From a virus (Duplodnaviria > Caudoviricetes): a stretch of DNA of 57,014 nucleotides. Positions 1 to 9,858 of the stretch are shown piece after piece. The stretch is from positions 1-57,014 of IMG/VR virus record IMGVR_UViG_3300005805_000106, one strand, 5' to 3'. Each line of letters opens with the position of its first letter. The stretch's first letter is position 1. The position numbers and the translations under genes are program-made. The notes beneath the pieces were generated by a model that was not told where the DNA came from, made no database searches, and saw only the letters and a program-made list of their open reading frames with translations.

Positions 1-1370
1 ACAGTATGTCCAAACTCGGCCATGCTGTCTTTGTTCTCGACGAGCAAATCTCTGAATTGAAAAAGGTTGTCGGACGCACGTTTGATGGCTTCCCAAATTG
101 GGTCCCATGCTTTATAAAGAACTCTTGCGCCATCTATTAACGGCCTTAGTCGGTCAAGTACTAAGTTCCATCCCCGCCTGAATTTGTCAAACCAGTCACC
201 CATGCGTTCAAACATGCCCATAGCGTTAGGCAGATACTCGCGTATCATTTTGACCATCCAGTTGGATGCCTTATCAATCATCCCAACAAATCCATCGATA
301 TACCCTTGATACCCGACAGTTGCCTGAATGGTTCCCATAATCCTTGTTAAATCGCGACGAATCACTTCAAAAATGTCGCCGAAGGCAACCTTTAATGGCT
401 CGAGGAATTGGTCGCCAAAATCAGCAAAAAGAGTCCGAAGACGACTAAAGTAACCCTTGAGCGTGCTCATCAACGTTGTATTTACCGCATCAAACTGACC
501 AGTAACACCGCCGCGTTTTGCCAGGCCGCCAGACATGAGCAGGTCCTCAAAATCTTTTTTTGTCCTGATTTTTGCGCCCTTGAGCGCCTTCTCCATCTCT
601 GGACCGAGCTTCTTTGCTTCTGCAATTACCTGTGAAACATTTTTCTTCTTATCTCCGAGCGCCGCCAAAACGACCCCAACTTGCTCCAGCCCTTTTGCCG
701 GGTCTTGTCCAGCTGAACCAAAATCCATCAAAGCTTTTATTGCGCCAGTACTACCGGCTATTGCGCGAGAAGACATTGTTTTTGACATGCTCGCATAGGC
801 TTTATTGAGCGCTTCTACACCGAGGGTGCTTAGGTCGGCGTCGGACTGAAGAGCCCTCATCGCCATTCTTGTTTGGTTCATGGCTGAGCCAAATTCTCTT
901 GCGCCCTTACCCCTATAGGCAAACATGGCAGCCTGCTGTTCGCGAATTGCTGCAGAAAAAGCGGCAACTGCCATTGTTGCGCCGGCCGCTCCGCCGGCAA
1001 GAAGTTGCATCACACCCCGATATGCCTTCATGATTAACTGGCCCGCCACAAACGTCGCATGGACAGCTACCATTGTTGCGCTCAGGGCAAGCATTTGAAC
1101 TATTACGCCCTTGATTGATTTGGCCAAAAATCCGGCAAGCATTTTTCCAGTACCGGCAACCATCCCGTCCATTTGGTCGAAGTTGCGCTTCCACTTGCGG
1201 GTCATTTCACCGATTGACCTAGTGTTGCGCTTGGCCATGTTCTCTATCTGCCTGCCACTAGAAAGGCGGCGCTCCATGGCCTTGAGACGGTTCATTTCAA
1301 CCATGAGCTTCTTCAGCTCACGGTCATGCGACTCAACTTTAAGTACTATACTTACTTTTTCGTCTGCCAT
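1..1370 (-). CDS. Tape measure protein (5' part; runs off left edge)
   Basis: Hand-translated open frame from ATG 1370 (MADEKVSIVLKVESHDRELKKLMVEMNRLKAMERRLSSGRQ...), Ala/Gly/Met-rich and helical, directly downstream of the tail chaperone; not in the ORF track because no stop lies in the window. Confidence 0.85.
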   Translation of the reverse strand, partial: MADEKVSIVLKVESHDRELKKLMVEMNRLKAMERRLSSGRQIENMAKRNTRSIGEMTRKWKRNFDQMDGMVAGTGKMLAGFLAKSIKGVIVQMLALSATMVAVHATFVAGQLIMKAYRGVMQLLAGGAAGATMAVAAFSAAIREQQAAMFAYRGKGAREFGSAMNQTRMAMRALQSDADLSTLGVEALNKAYASMSKTMSSRAIAGSTGAIKALMDFGSAGQDPAKGLEQVGVVLAALGDKKKNVSQVIAEAKKLGPEMEKALKGAKIRTKKDFEDLLMSGGLAKRGGVTGQFDAVNTTLMSTLKGYFSRLRTLFADFGDQFLEPLKVAFGDIFEVIRRDLTRIMGTIQATVGYQGYIDGFVGMIDKASNWMVKMIREYLPNAMGMFERMGDWFDKFRRGWNLVLDRLRPLIDGARVLYKAWDPIWEAIKRASDNLFQFRDLLVENKDSMAEFGHT

Positions 1371-1424
1371 TACTTCCCCAGGTGAGTTAGGTCACGTGAG
1401 TGTAAGGGCGGCCGAGCTATGGGC

Positions 1425-1627
1425 TTATAGGCCCTGAGTCTTCGACTTTCGCTCTTGCTCTTCGCGGTCGTTACCTATAACTGTAGCACAGGCCATTAAT
1501 AACAACCAGTCATTATCATCCAGATTTAGTATGTCTAAAGGATTTACGTGGAAGAGTTCAGCAACTCTTGCTGCTGATTTTATTGTCGAATCTTCAACTA
1601 GCTCGTCGAAGATTCGTTCGTAGGGTC
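1425..1627 (-). CDS. Frameshift extension of tail chaperone (gpT-like part of gpGT)
   Basis: -1 frame open from GGA CCC TAC through YERIFDELVEDSTIKSAARVAELFHVNPLDILNLDDNDWLLLMACATVIGNDREEQERKSKTQGL*, with no start codon near its 5' end. Confidence 0.7.
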
Positions 1628-2149
1628 CACTGTCCCTACCGCATCCGAGTAACCGGCCGCATCAAGAATTGCAAGGGCAGCAGACTCAACGTGCGGGTCA
1701 ACCCCAAAAAGCGCTCTTACTGCATCCGGGACAGGCTTTGTTGTCTCTGTCATCTCAAGGATTGCCGGGTGGGCAAAGTTTAGATTGTGCCCATCCTCGT
1801 CGTATATTTCCTCATCATCAATGCAGACGCCAACTGTTGTGTGGCCAATAACTAGGCACGCAAACTTTGTTGGGTCGAGGCCATTACGGGAGTCCTCGCC
1901 AGCATTTTTACGCCAGTTCTTCATCTGTGACTGGGTGATGTTGGGGCTAATGCGAAGGCTAACTCCAGGACGTTCTGGCACAGGAAGGAGAACAATATTG
2001 CGCTCGACCTTTTTCTTCACGATAGTGCGAAGGCGGTCAAGCTGTGTCTCTTCCTTTGTCTGCACAAGACCGGATGAAAGGTCTTTAGTTGACTTTTTGG
2101 CATCCCGTGGGCTGTCGCCGTCGGTTGTATAAAGTGTGTTATCGCTCAT
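1598..2149 (-). CDS. Tail assembly chaperone (gpG-like)
   Basis: Position between tail tube and tape measure; ends ...VDPTNESSTS with an overlapping -1 frame ORF. Confidence 0.75.
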   Translation of the reverse strand: MSDNTLYTTDGDSPRDAKKSTKDLSSGLVQTKEETQLDRLRTIVKKKVERNIVLLPVPERPGVSLRISPNITQSQMKNWRKNAGEDSRNGLDPTKFACLVIGHTTVGVCIDDEEIYDEDGHNLNFAHPAILEMTETTKPVPDAVRALFGVDPHVESAALAILDAAGYSDAVGTVDPTNESSTS

Positions 2150-2156
2150 AGGCGAA

Positions 2157-2192
2157 AAACTAGCACACTAAAACCATCCGGTTGTGCAACTA
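2157..2192 (-). promoter_or_regulatory. Putative promoter TAGTTGCA-N22-TAGTTT (TGn-extended -10), leaderless start
   Basis: Same motif and spacing as at 4210-4245 and 41700-41735; -10 ends 7 nt before the ATG at 2149. Confidence 0.55.
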
Positions 2193-2193
2193 A

Positions 2194-2697
2194 TTATGCA
2201 GTCGGCGCTGATACGTCCGAGATAGCAAATGTTAAGGCGAATGTTGCAGGGGCACCAGAAGATGAGTCACCCTCTGGCTCCGTCATCCCGACAAGGAGGG
2301 CGTTCGTGTAAACCCTGTCGTTGGTCGGGTCCTTGATGTCACAGTCGTAAACAGATACTGTGATGTCGTAATACGCTACACCGACGTACTTGCGTAGACC
2401 GCGCAGTTTGCTACCGATACCCGAACCAGTGTCCGAAGGGGCCATGTCATCGTCGTAGTGGGCAGTAAGGGTGACGTCGCCTATTTCTGATGGGGCACAT
2501 AGGACTGTTGGCCGTGCACTGCCACCTTCATAGATTTTCTCAACCGAAGCGGTTATTTCGCCTCCAGAAACTTGGGCAAAACGAAATGTGTTCCACTTTG
2601 GCAGATTGACCTGGACATTTGTCTGCTGCTTTGCATTAGCATTAAATGTTGACGGCACGATTGTCGCCAGTACTTGCCTCTGAGCTATTTTTGCCAT
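2194..2697 (-). CDS. Tail tube protein
   Basis: 167 aa beta-rich protein right after the sheath (FAQVSGGEITASVEKIYEGG...DSSSGAPATFALTF). Confidence 0.75.
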   Translation of the reverse strand: MAKIAQRQVLATIVPSTFNANAKQQTNVQVNLPKWNTFRFAQVSGGEITASVEKIYEGGSARPTVLCAPSEIGDVTLTAHYDDDMAPSDTGSGIGSKLRGLRKYVGVAYYDITVSVYDCDIKDPTNDRVYTNALLVGMTEPEGDSSSGAPATFALTFAISDVSAPTA

Positions 2698-2710
2698 GTT
2701 TTATCCTCCG

Positions 2711-4165
2711 TTAGACCACTGTTGAGGTCAGGTTTGATTTGACAATGTCTATTTCAATCTGGTCGCCGACGCTGCTGACGCGTACGCCGAGTCTTGCCTT
2801 AACCAGCCCCTCAGCTAGCTGAGATGTTGGGTTGATTGAGGAATCACACTTGACAGTGTAGCCGTCGTCTAGCTGACGGCCATTTGCATCAAATGCTGGG
2901 TAAAGGGCGCCGATGTTTCTCATTACTGTGAGTACAGCAAGGAGACGCGACTCAATATTTGCGAAGATTGTATTTCTGCCATCAATGGAGCTGAATACAA
3001 CATCCTCAACTGTTCGGTAGCACTCCGTAACAATGCTGTTTATAACGTCTTGCTGTGTTATGTATCGGAAGTTCTCCGTATCAGCAGAGCATGAACGGGC
3101 GCCATATATGCGGACAGTATTCTGTATAACGCGAATTGCGTTCACGTAATTCTCATCCAGGTCGTCACCGGTGACTTTATTTATTTCGGACTTAACACCG
3201 GTAATAAAACGCGCTACGGATAGAAGACCAGCACCGGGCATGTGGGGACCTACCTGGTTGTGGGCCAGTGCACGCTTTGCGGCAACATACCCAACCGGCG
3301 GAATAAAACGAGTGATTCCAGCGGTTGATGTCGGAGCCTCAACCCATGGGTAATACATTGCAGCGTGCTCGGAACCATCTTCGCCTTGAACGGTCAATGC
3401 CTTTGCCTTAACCGTCGCAGCCGATGAACCCTCCGGAGCATACAGGAGGGCAATTCTGCTATATGCATTTGCATGGGCAATAAGACCACTCGTGACGGTC
3501 GCATCGCTTTCATCCGCACAGGCTACAGCACCAGAGCCAAGAGCATCATTAAATAGCTCCAAAGCATCAACATATCCAGCTGATGTCACCGAGCTTGCGT
3601 CATCGTCGCCGGCACTGAGTGCGGTTGCACTGATTGCGTCCGGAATAAGAGCTGCGTCATCTAGTGATGCAATAACGTATCGCGATGCAATTGCGCTTAG
3701 GTTTATTCGGCCAACAGCTTGCGAGGAAGTCGAAACAGTTCCAGTTGAGTACTTCAAATCACCGTTGTAGTACAGGTTAATCTTGAAAGTAGAACCGGTC
3801 GGGTGTGTAACCTCTACCTCAACATCACCGCTCCAGTCGCCAGCTCCGTTTGCTGTTAGTGTGATGACATCATCTCCGCCATCCTGAAGCGTTAGCTCGC
3901 CAATGGTGGCGGAGGCGCCAACGACGCGAGCAACGTATGCACGCGTGCCACCCTCTTCAAAAAATGCCTCTACGGTTGGATGCAGGTAAGAAGTTGAGAT
4001 GTAGTCGCCAAAGACATCCTCAAAGTCGGCGATGCTCTCAATCAGGATGGCCTCATCAGAGGGCCCACGCTGCGACAATCCAACAACAAAAAGCTGCGAC
4101 GACTCACGTGTCGTTGCTGTTGATGGGCCTGTTCTTACTGAAGTTGAAATTACTACGCCTGGCAT
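2711..4165 (-). CDS. Contractile tail sheath protein
   Basis: MPGVVI N-terminus, FFEEGGTRAYVARV, YYPWV, PPVGYVAA, VNAIRVI..VRIYGARS sheath motifs. Confidence 0.92.
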   Translation of the reverse strand: MPGVVISTSVRTGPSTATTRESSQLFVVGLSQRGPSDEAILIESIADFEDVFGDYISTSYLHPTVEAFFEEGGTRAYVARVVGASATIGELTLQDGGDDVITLTANGAGDWSGDVEVEVTHPTGSTFKINLYYNGDLKYSTGTVSTSSQAVGRINLSAIASRYVIASLDDAALIPDAISATALSAGDDDASSVTSAGYVDALELFNDALGSGAVACADESDATVTSGLIAHANAYSRIALLYAPEGSSAATVKAKALTVQGEDGSEHAAMYYPWVEAPTSTAGITRFIPPVGYVAAKRALAHNQVGPHMPGAGLLSVARFITGVKSEINKVTGDDLDENYVNAIRVIQNTVRIYGARSCSADTENFRYITQQDVINSIVTECYRTVEDVVFSSIDGRNTIFANIESRLLAVLTVMRNIGALYPAFDANGRQLDDGYTVKCDSSINPTSQLAEGLVKARLGVRVSSVGDQIEIDIVKSNLTSTVV

Positions 4166-4209
4166 AGGACCTCACTGTTTTGACTAGGACACAAACCGTA
4201 TCGAGGTCA

Positions 4210-4245
4210 ATTGTACATACGCGAAACGAATATTTTATGCAACTA
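4210..4245 (-). promoter_or_regulatory. Putative promoter TAGTTGCA-N22-TACAAT upstream of sheath
   Basis: Intergenic; octamer and spacing identical to two other structural-gene upstream regions. Confidence 0.55.
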
Positions 4246-4269
4246 TGAATTTAACAAATCAAAAACGGA

Positions 4270-4881
4270 TTAATCATTGAGCGATGGCATGTCTTGGCCC
4301 ACGCCGGCGCTAAATGCCTCAATTTGAATCTCGTTTGCTATTCCAATTTGTTCTCTGGTTACAACCTCATCAATATCAAGAGTAAATGAAATATATGACC
4401 CAGCCATCATTCTCTCGCCCTTTAAGAGGGTAATGTCCGAATACTCTTCACGTATTGACGACTCTTCGATTATTGCCCTAAATGATGTCCTTGAGTCGTA
4501 GGCCTTTAAACACGGATAGTCAAGTAATGCAGAGCGGACAACGGTTGTCAGTCTGTCCCTCATCTCCGTGGTGTGCTCAGAGCCTTCTGCTCGTACCCAC
4601 GTATATGTTCGCATATTGTATGTAACCCTATACAGGGGGTCCGGACCATCAAACCCAATTCTTGACAGTCCGCTCATGCCGATTGCAACAGTAATCAGTG
4701 TAGGCCAATGGTCAATCGCCAGCGGTTCATATGGGATGTAGCGCTCGGGGTCGGGCAGTGCGGTGCTATCCAGGTTCCATCCATTTCTATAGGTAATGAG
4801 GCGTATGGGGATGTCCTGCTCCAGATAGTCATTAACGTATTTTTTTGCATAGTAGGCGCCATGCATAAGTGCCGAGGTCAT
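4270..4881 (-). CDS. Putative tail completion/terminator protein
   Basis: Size and position between neck genes and sheath. Confidence 0.5.
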   Translation of the reverse strand: MTSALMHGAYYAKKYVNDYLEQDIPIRLITYRNGWNLDSTALPDPERYIPYEPLAIDHWPTLITVAIGMSGLSRIGFDGPDPLYRVTYNMRTYTWVRAEGSEHTTEMRDRLTTVVRSALLDYPCLKAYDSRTSFRAIIEESSIREEYSDITLLKGERMMAGSYISFTLDIDEVVTREQIGIANEIQIEAFSAGVGQDMPSLND

Positions 4882-5375
4882 GTCAGTTCACTTCCCTTAA
4901 CAACGTACTGCTCAACTTTTTTTCCAAGGTCTTTATCAAAGTTGCGCGGAACAAAGATGATTTTTCTTGCCGGCATCGTGCTTGTGCCGTACTGGTGATA
5001 CTGGGCAATTCTGCCTGCAATTCCAAACTCGGCCTGATGGTCGCTGATTTTATTTATGGGACCAGAGCTCATATCGGCAACGCTTTTAAAAAGCTCACCG
5101 GTGCGAACAAGTGTTGGCGCACCCGGGAACCTAGACGACTTCCACGCCCCATATTCCGCATCTAGGGGAGGCCACGCATTTCGGAGCATTGCTTGGGCGG
5201 CCATGAGACCCATTGTCGTAAAGTTTTCAGAATAGATTCGTTCAAGGTGTTTTTCTGCCCATTTAAAAACTGGGCCGAAATCACGCATTCTGTCCTGCAT
5301 CGCCTCGAGTCTGTCCATTGCCTCATCGGCTTTTACATTTATTTCTATATAAACGTCTGCGTTACGGCGTGGCAT
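4878..5375 (-). CDS. Virion morphogenesis / tail completion protein
   Basis: WPPL...LVRTGEL...AQYHQYGTSTMPARKII motif; start moved to ATG 5375, abutting the upstream stop. Confidence 0.75.
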   Translation of the reverse strand: MPRRNADVYIEINVKADEAMDRLEAMQDRMRDFGPVFKWAEKHLERIYSENFTTMGLMAAQAMLRNAWPPLDAEYGAWKSSRFPGAPTLVRTGELFKSVADMSSGPINKISDHQAEFGIAGRIAQYHQYGTSTMPARKIIFVPRNFDKDLGKKVEQYVVKGSELT

Positions 5376-5376
5376 T

Positions 5377-6024
5377 TTAAATACGATTTCTTCTATACTT
5401 CCGGATGCTCCCAAGCTCAGTATCAAGAAAACCAGTAACAAGCGGACCGACGTTGCGCGTGTTGATGTCCTTTACGCCAACAACGTCGTCGTACATGTTT
5501 TGCATCTCCCTAGATGCGGCACGCAGGATTAGCAGTTTTAAAACCGGGATAGTGGAGCCATCAAGGCCAGCCTCATAGGTAACAGTTACGAGGTCGTCTG
5601 AGTAGCCATAAAAATAATCAATTCCATATTTTCGCTGTACGTAATCAACCTCATTTACCAGTACGCGCTCTTCACCCTGAAGGGGTTTAACCTTCACCTC
5701 GGAGATGGAAACTATTGGCGTATTTTTTAAATAGATTGATGGCGGTGGCTCTGCCCACATCGTTGAATCGTTATTTGGAGATGCTGTCGTAAAAGATGAA
5801 TTATATGTATTTTCGGCAGTTGTTAAAAATGTTCCCATTGGAACTCCGTAATGGCTTGTGTCCAGCCTGTGCTCCTCAACAAATTCCTGCACCTCAATTG
5901 GGCGACGCAAAAATGTTTCCAATTCACTCTGGAGTCCAGCAAGTATTAATTCCGCGGCATCCTCTTGACGTGCCGTTAGGGATATATCCATATATGTCTT
6001 GATATCGCTGATTGTCACAAGCAT
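5377..6024 (-). CDS. Head-tail connector/adaptor
   Basis: LVTISDIKTYM...ELETFLRRPI...VTVTYEAG...KYRR gp6/gp15-like pattern. Confidence 0.7.
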   Translation of the reverse strand: MLVTISDIKTYMDISLTARQEDAAELILAGLQSELETFLRRPIEVQEFVEEHRLDTSHYGVPMGTFLTTAENTYNSSFTTASPNNDSTMWAEPPPSIYLKNTPIVSISEVKVKPLQGEERVLVNEVDYVQRKYGIDYFYGYSDDLVTVTYEAGLDGSTIPVLKLLILRAASREMQNMYDDVVGVKDINTRNVGPLVTGFLDTELGSIRKYRRNRI

Positions 6025-6125
6025 GGTCAACACTTTCGGTTATATATCTGGGGACATCAAATTTTACATCATCGAATGGTCCGGGAGGGATTGACTGTTT
6101 CTTTATGGCGATGTACTGTTGGGAT

Positions 6126-6494
6126 ATGGCAAACAAAATCACCAAATCACAGCGTCAAGATGCAACCATTGAGGTGCTCAATCACGTAACTGAAGTTTTG
6201 TTTTATTTCTTCCAAGAGACAGAAGAAGACCTTGAAATTGAACAAGTATTAAATGATTTTACTTCCTCGATGTGGGATATAGCCGTCGTTTCAATGGCCG
6301 CAGCAGGAATGAAAATCACGGGAATAAACGAAGATGGAACCTATAGCGCAACATTTTCCCCCGTTAAAAGCATCAAAGAATTTATGATTAACGATGACTA
6401 TGCATCAGATGACGATACTTTTTTTGAGGACATAGCCGAGAGGCTCCCGGGTGGGGATATGGGGAAGCATGAAAATCGACTACTGGGAGATTAA
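6126..6494 (+). CDS. Hypothetical acidic protein, opposite strand to its neighbours
   Basis: Fills the gap between minus-strand genes; TACTGT -10 element 6 nt before ATG 6126. Confidence 0.6.
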   Translation: MANKITKSQRQDATIEVLNHVTEVLFYFFQETEEDLEIEQVLNDFTSSMWDIAVVSMAAAGMKITGINEDGTYSATFSPVKSIKEFMINDDYASDDDTFFEDIAERLPGGDMGKHENRLLGD

Positions 6495-7240
6495 CTCTTC
6501 TTCTTCCTTGGCCTAGCCACAGAAGCTTTACCCTTTGACGCTTCGCCGGCGGCATCCTGGGCTGCTTTACGCGCGGCAGCCTGCCCTCGTTTTCTCGCTG
6601 TATCTCTAGCGGCTTTTCTCATTGGTGGGCGTATGGTTCCACCCCTGGGTGTTGAGCCACCATATGGCTGGGTTTCGAGCCCGGGGGTGTATCTCCCCGC
6701 TCTAGCTATATTAAGTTTGTCAATTGCCGCCGCATCAGCTGTTTTTGTTATCTTATTTCTTTTTGCTCGTGCATAGGCAGCATTCGCCAGTTCGTCAAAT
6801 TTTTTGGTTTTGGTACGGCCAATATACATTGCGCCACCCGGAACCTCGGCCAGTGGGCCAGTTCCAACCGAGCCGACAGTCTGTCGTCCGGCTTTTTTGT
6901 CACCACCAGCACGTTTCTCAAATTCTTGGGCAATGCCACGTTTCATGAGACGCCCGGTTCTCCATGACCTTTCAAGTTTTGAGCGCTTGTATGCCCTGCC
7001 ACGCGCGTCACGGCCAGAAATACTGTATTGCGCTAGTTGTTGGAGGGCACCAAATCGACCACGGTCAACATCGCGTAAGCTAACGCCGAACACTTTATTT
7101 GCCAAAGTTCTGGCTTTATCGTATTGTCGTTGGTCTTCTGGTTTCAGACCCCTAGCAATACGGCGTTGCTGGTCGCGAAGTAGATTAAGAACAAAGGCGG
7201 CGTCGTCGGCAATATCTGGGCCGTATCTTACTCCTGGCAT
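6491..7240 (-). CDS. Hypothetical highly basic (Arg/Lys/Ala) protein, possibly nucleic-acid binding
   Basis: 249 aa ORF with GAGGAG RBS and upstream TGG-TATATT; very basic composition. Confidence 0.65.
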   Translation of the reverse strand: MPGVRYGPDIADDAAFVLNLLRDQQRRIARGLKPEDQRQYDKARTLANKVFGVSLRDVDRGRFGALQQLAQYSISGRDARGRAYKRSKLERSWRTGRLMKRGIAQEFEKRAGGDKKAGRQTVGSVGTGPLAEVPGGAMYIGRTKTKKFDELANAAYARAKRNKITKTADAAAIDKLNIARAGRYTPGLETQPYGGSTPRGGTIRPPMRKAARDTARKRGQAAARKAAQDAAGEASKGKASVARPRKKKS

Positions 7241-7281
7241 ATTTTCTCCTCGAGGTTATTTAAAAATATACCAGAAAAAAT

Positions 7282-7839
7282 CTATCTGTCCGGATTAGGT
7301 GGTCTTTCTATTGTAAAAGAGCCGGAATCCGTGTAGCCGGGGGGTGCCTCAATTGGAACCCACGCCCGCGCGTAGTTATGTTCTTTGATGTTCCTGACCT
7401 TGATTAAACTACCGTCAAGCATTAAGGACAGTTCTTCTGAACGCATACACAAAAACCGGTCGAAATCAACTGCGCCATATTTTCCGGAACGTCTTGCCGT
7501 TCTAATTATATTTGACAGTTTTGATGCAACAACAGTTGAATGCCCCCTATTTAGACGAACGTGCAAAATCATTGCATCGATTAAGTCAATATCATGGAAT
7601 ACAACAGGAACTAATCCGTCTGTATGTTTCAGTATGTCCTTAATGTTGGTGGCTAATCTGATTCTCTCTGAGCCATCAATAATCTCGTTTGTTCCACGAC
7701 GTACGTGGATTGGCTGAATAAATCCGAACTGAGACAGAGATGCGCTGATAACCAAAAGTTCTGGTCTAAGCGTGTGTGTTGCCTTCCATTCTGGGACTAC
7801 TAAAATTTTTGGGTCTACGTACTCAATGTTTAACTTCAT
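7282..7839 (-). CDS. ParB/Srx-like protein (IbrB-like)
   Basis: SLSQFGFIQPIHV...IIDGSERIRL...HVRLNRGH; overlaps the IbrA-like gene. Confidence 0.75.
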   Translation of the reverse strand: MKLNIEYVDPKILVVPEWKATHTLRPELLVISASLSQFGFIQPIHVRRGTNEIIDGSERIRLATNIKDILKHTDGLVPVVFHDIDLIDAMILHVRLNRGHSTVVASKLSNIIRTARRSGKYGAVDFDRFLCMRSEELSLMLDGSLIKVRNIKEHNYARAWVPIEAPPGYTDSGSFTIERPPNPDR

Positions 7840-8966
7840 GGTGATTCCTCAATAATTTCAGACGCCCGAACCGTAAATGCTTTTGTTTTTGGTCCAACTG
7901 GGGTTGGTGAATTGACGTCTATTTCGTTTAACATCAAGTTACGTATTAGCCAGCTGACGGGATATCCATGCGGGTCGGTCGCATGTTTTTTTCGGAACTT
8001 CGACACATATACACGAGCTTCTGTTTTCCTTCTATCGCCAACCAGATAGTCGTCAATAAATTCACTCGCCCCATCAAAACCACGAGAAGAGTACCTGGAA
8101 ATAAGTTTCTCAACGTCAAACTCTGGCCATAGCCGTCTCTGTGCGTCTATGTACGGGAAACATTCAAACAGCCTGTCATAAAATTCTGGTTCAGTAGCTA
8201 TTACGTCACCTATTCGCCTAATCGCTGTCGCATGAAGCGGTATGCCTACGCGCGTGTTGCTACCTGTCGATACAGCGAGGTCGTAGTATTCGCAGTAGTC
8301 GGCACCATGCTCTTCTATTATGAATTTGAAAACATCGTTGGTATTCCAGTCATATATAACTTTTGCAAATTTTAATGGGATACCCTTTTTTAATTTGTAT
8401 GGCGTATTGATGTAGTTCTCGTGAAGCTTTTGAACTATTGAGCGATAGCGAACCATCGATTCGCTTGCCCTTACCCCGGTCAGGAAAGCAACATTTCCTT
8501 TCTTTCCTTGCATTGTGTAGTAGTCGGTTTGTTCAGGAAGGGAGACGCTATGCGATAATCCAAAATTCATCCCGCTAATTGCCCACGGCGGCATATCGCG
8601 CACCCACCTGTTTTGCTCAAACCGCTCTTGGCTCCAGAGGAGGGTTGTTAGGCGATAACCAAGAACCCAAATTTCCGCTGGATAGGGCAGGCAGTACCAC
8701 TCCATATCAACCCAGTCGTAATTACTGACCTGCTCGACATACCTAGCTACGGTGGGGCTTACCATTTCTTCGTCCCTAAAAATAACTTTTACTGGACCAA
8801 GACCCCGCTCCTCATGAACCTCTTTGGCTAGAAGCAACACTGCAGTGCTGTCTTTACCGCCAGAAAACTGCACGCACACTGTGTCAAAAGTATCGTATAC
8901 ATGGCGAATGCGCTCGCGTGCCGCATCAATGCAATTGGCATCCAGGAACAGTCGTTGGCGTGTCAT
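7836..8966 (-). CDS. PAPS-reductase-family PP-loop protein (IbrA-like)
   Basis: FSGGKDS PP-loop, FRDEE, GVRASESMVR, IYDW, RVGIPLH motifs. Confidence 0.85.
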   Translation of the reverse strand: MTRQRLFLDANCIDAARERIRHVYDTFDTVCVQFSGGKDSTAVLLLAKEVHEERGLGPVKVIFRDEEMVSPTVARYVEQVSNYDWVDMEWYCLPYPAEIWVLGYRLTTLLWSQERFEQNRWVRDMPPWAISGMNFGLSHSVSLPEQTDYYTMQGKKGNVAFLTGVRASESMVRYRSIVQKLHENYINTPYKLKKGIPLKFAKVIYDWNTNDVFKFIIEEHGADYCEYYDLAVSTGSNTRVGIPLHATAIRRIGDVIATEPEFYDRLFECFPYIDAQRRLWPEFDVEKLISRYSSRGFDGASEFIDDYLVGDRRKTEARVYVSKFRKKHATDPHGYPVSWLIRNLMLNEIDVNSPTPVGPKTKAFTVRASEIIEESP

Positions 8967-8983
8967 ATTTTATGATTTATCTT

Positions 8984-9856
8984 CTATATCTCTGTATGTT
9001 GAGATATGAAATCTAACAATTTTTCAGCAAGAGTCGAACCGACGATTGAGTCGTCAGATTTAAGCCACCTTACAAAGTCATACCATTTGGATTGTTGTGC
9101 CGTGTCCTCAAAAACGATTGTGTATTGAACGATTGCCCGCGGTGCGGAGGATGGCGATACGGTTGTTGAACCGCGAATAATCGCATCCCGCTGGTTGACG
9201 CCCTCACGGGCAACCATCTGTGATTCGCCCAGCTCGTTCTTTTCAACGCCTACTGTTAATGAGTCAACGGAGTGGGTCGGTGTTTTGTCTTGAACTGGCC
9301 CATCAAAATCCCCATCCTCGTCATCGTCGTTGTAATCGTCATTGCGAATAGATGTAAACCCATTGCCGTTAAGGTCGGCAACTGGTGGCGTATATCCACC
9401 AGAATCAATAACAGCATTATCTTCGCGTATTACCTTTTGCTCTACTGCCGATATGTCAAATTCATCCCAGCCGAGACCATCGAGCAGCTCTGGGTACACG
9501 TCGTTGATTTCCAATATCATGTGGTTCAGCATTTCTGGCTCGGTATATCCAAGCTCCATCGTCCTATTGTCTGCTAATGCAAAAGCAATAGCGCGCTTGT
9601 CGTCAACGTCATATTCAACAACTGCTATCTTGTCCCACCCAAGCCGTTTTGCTGCCTCGAGCTGGTGATTACCAGCAATCACAGTTGCTGTCCCGTCATC
9701 ATTTGGACGCACCACTATTGGCTTTATTTGGCCAAACTCTTCATAGGACGACATAATCGCCTCGACATTTCCGCGCCGTGGATTGTCGCCAAGTGGCACG
9801 AGGGTGTCGATATCAACAGCAAGGCTCTCTAGTGATTCATGAATTCCGTGAGTCAT
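8984..9856 (-). CDS. ParB/Srx N-terminal domain protein
   Basis: NPRRG...FGQIKPIVV...IAGNHQLEAAKRLGW...ALADNRT. Confidence 0.85.
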   Translation of the reverse strand: MTHGIHESLESLAVDIDTLVPLGDNPRRGNVEAIMSSYEEFGQIKPIVVRPNDDGTATVIAGNHQLEAAKRLGWDKIAVVEYDVDDKRAIAFALADNRTMELGYTEPEMLNHMILEINDVYPELLDGLGWDEFDISAVEQKVIREDNAVIDSGGYTPPVADLNGNGFTSIRNDDYNDDDEDGDFDGPVQDKTPTHSVDSLTVGVEKNELGESQMVAREGVNQRDAIIRGSTTVSPSSAPRAIVQYTIVFEDTAQQSKWYDFVRWLKSDDSIVGSTLAEKLLDFISQHTEI

Positions 9857-9858
9857 TG

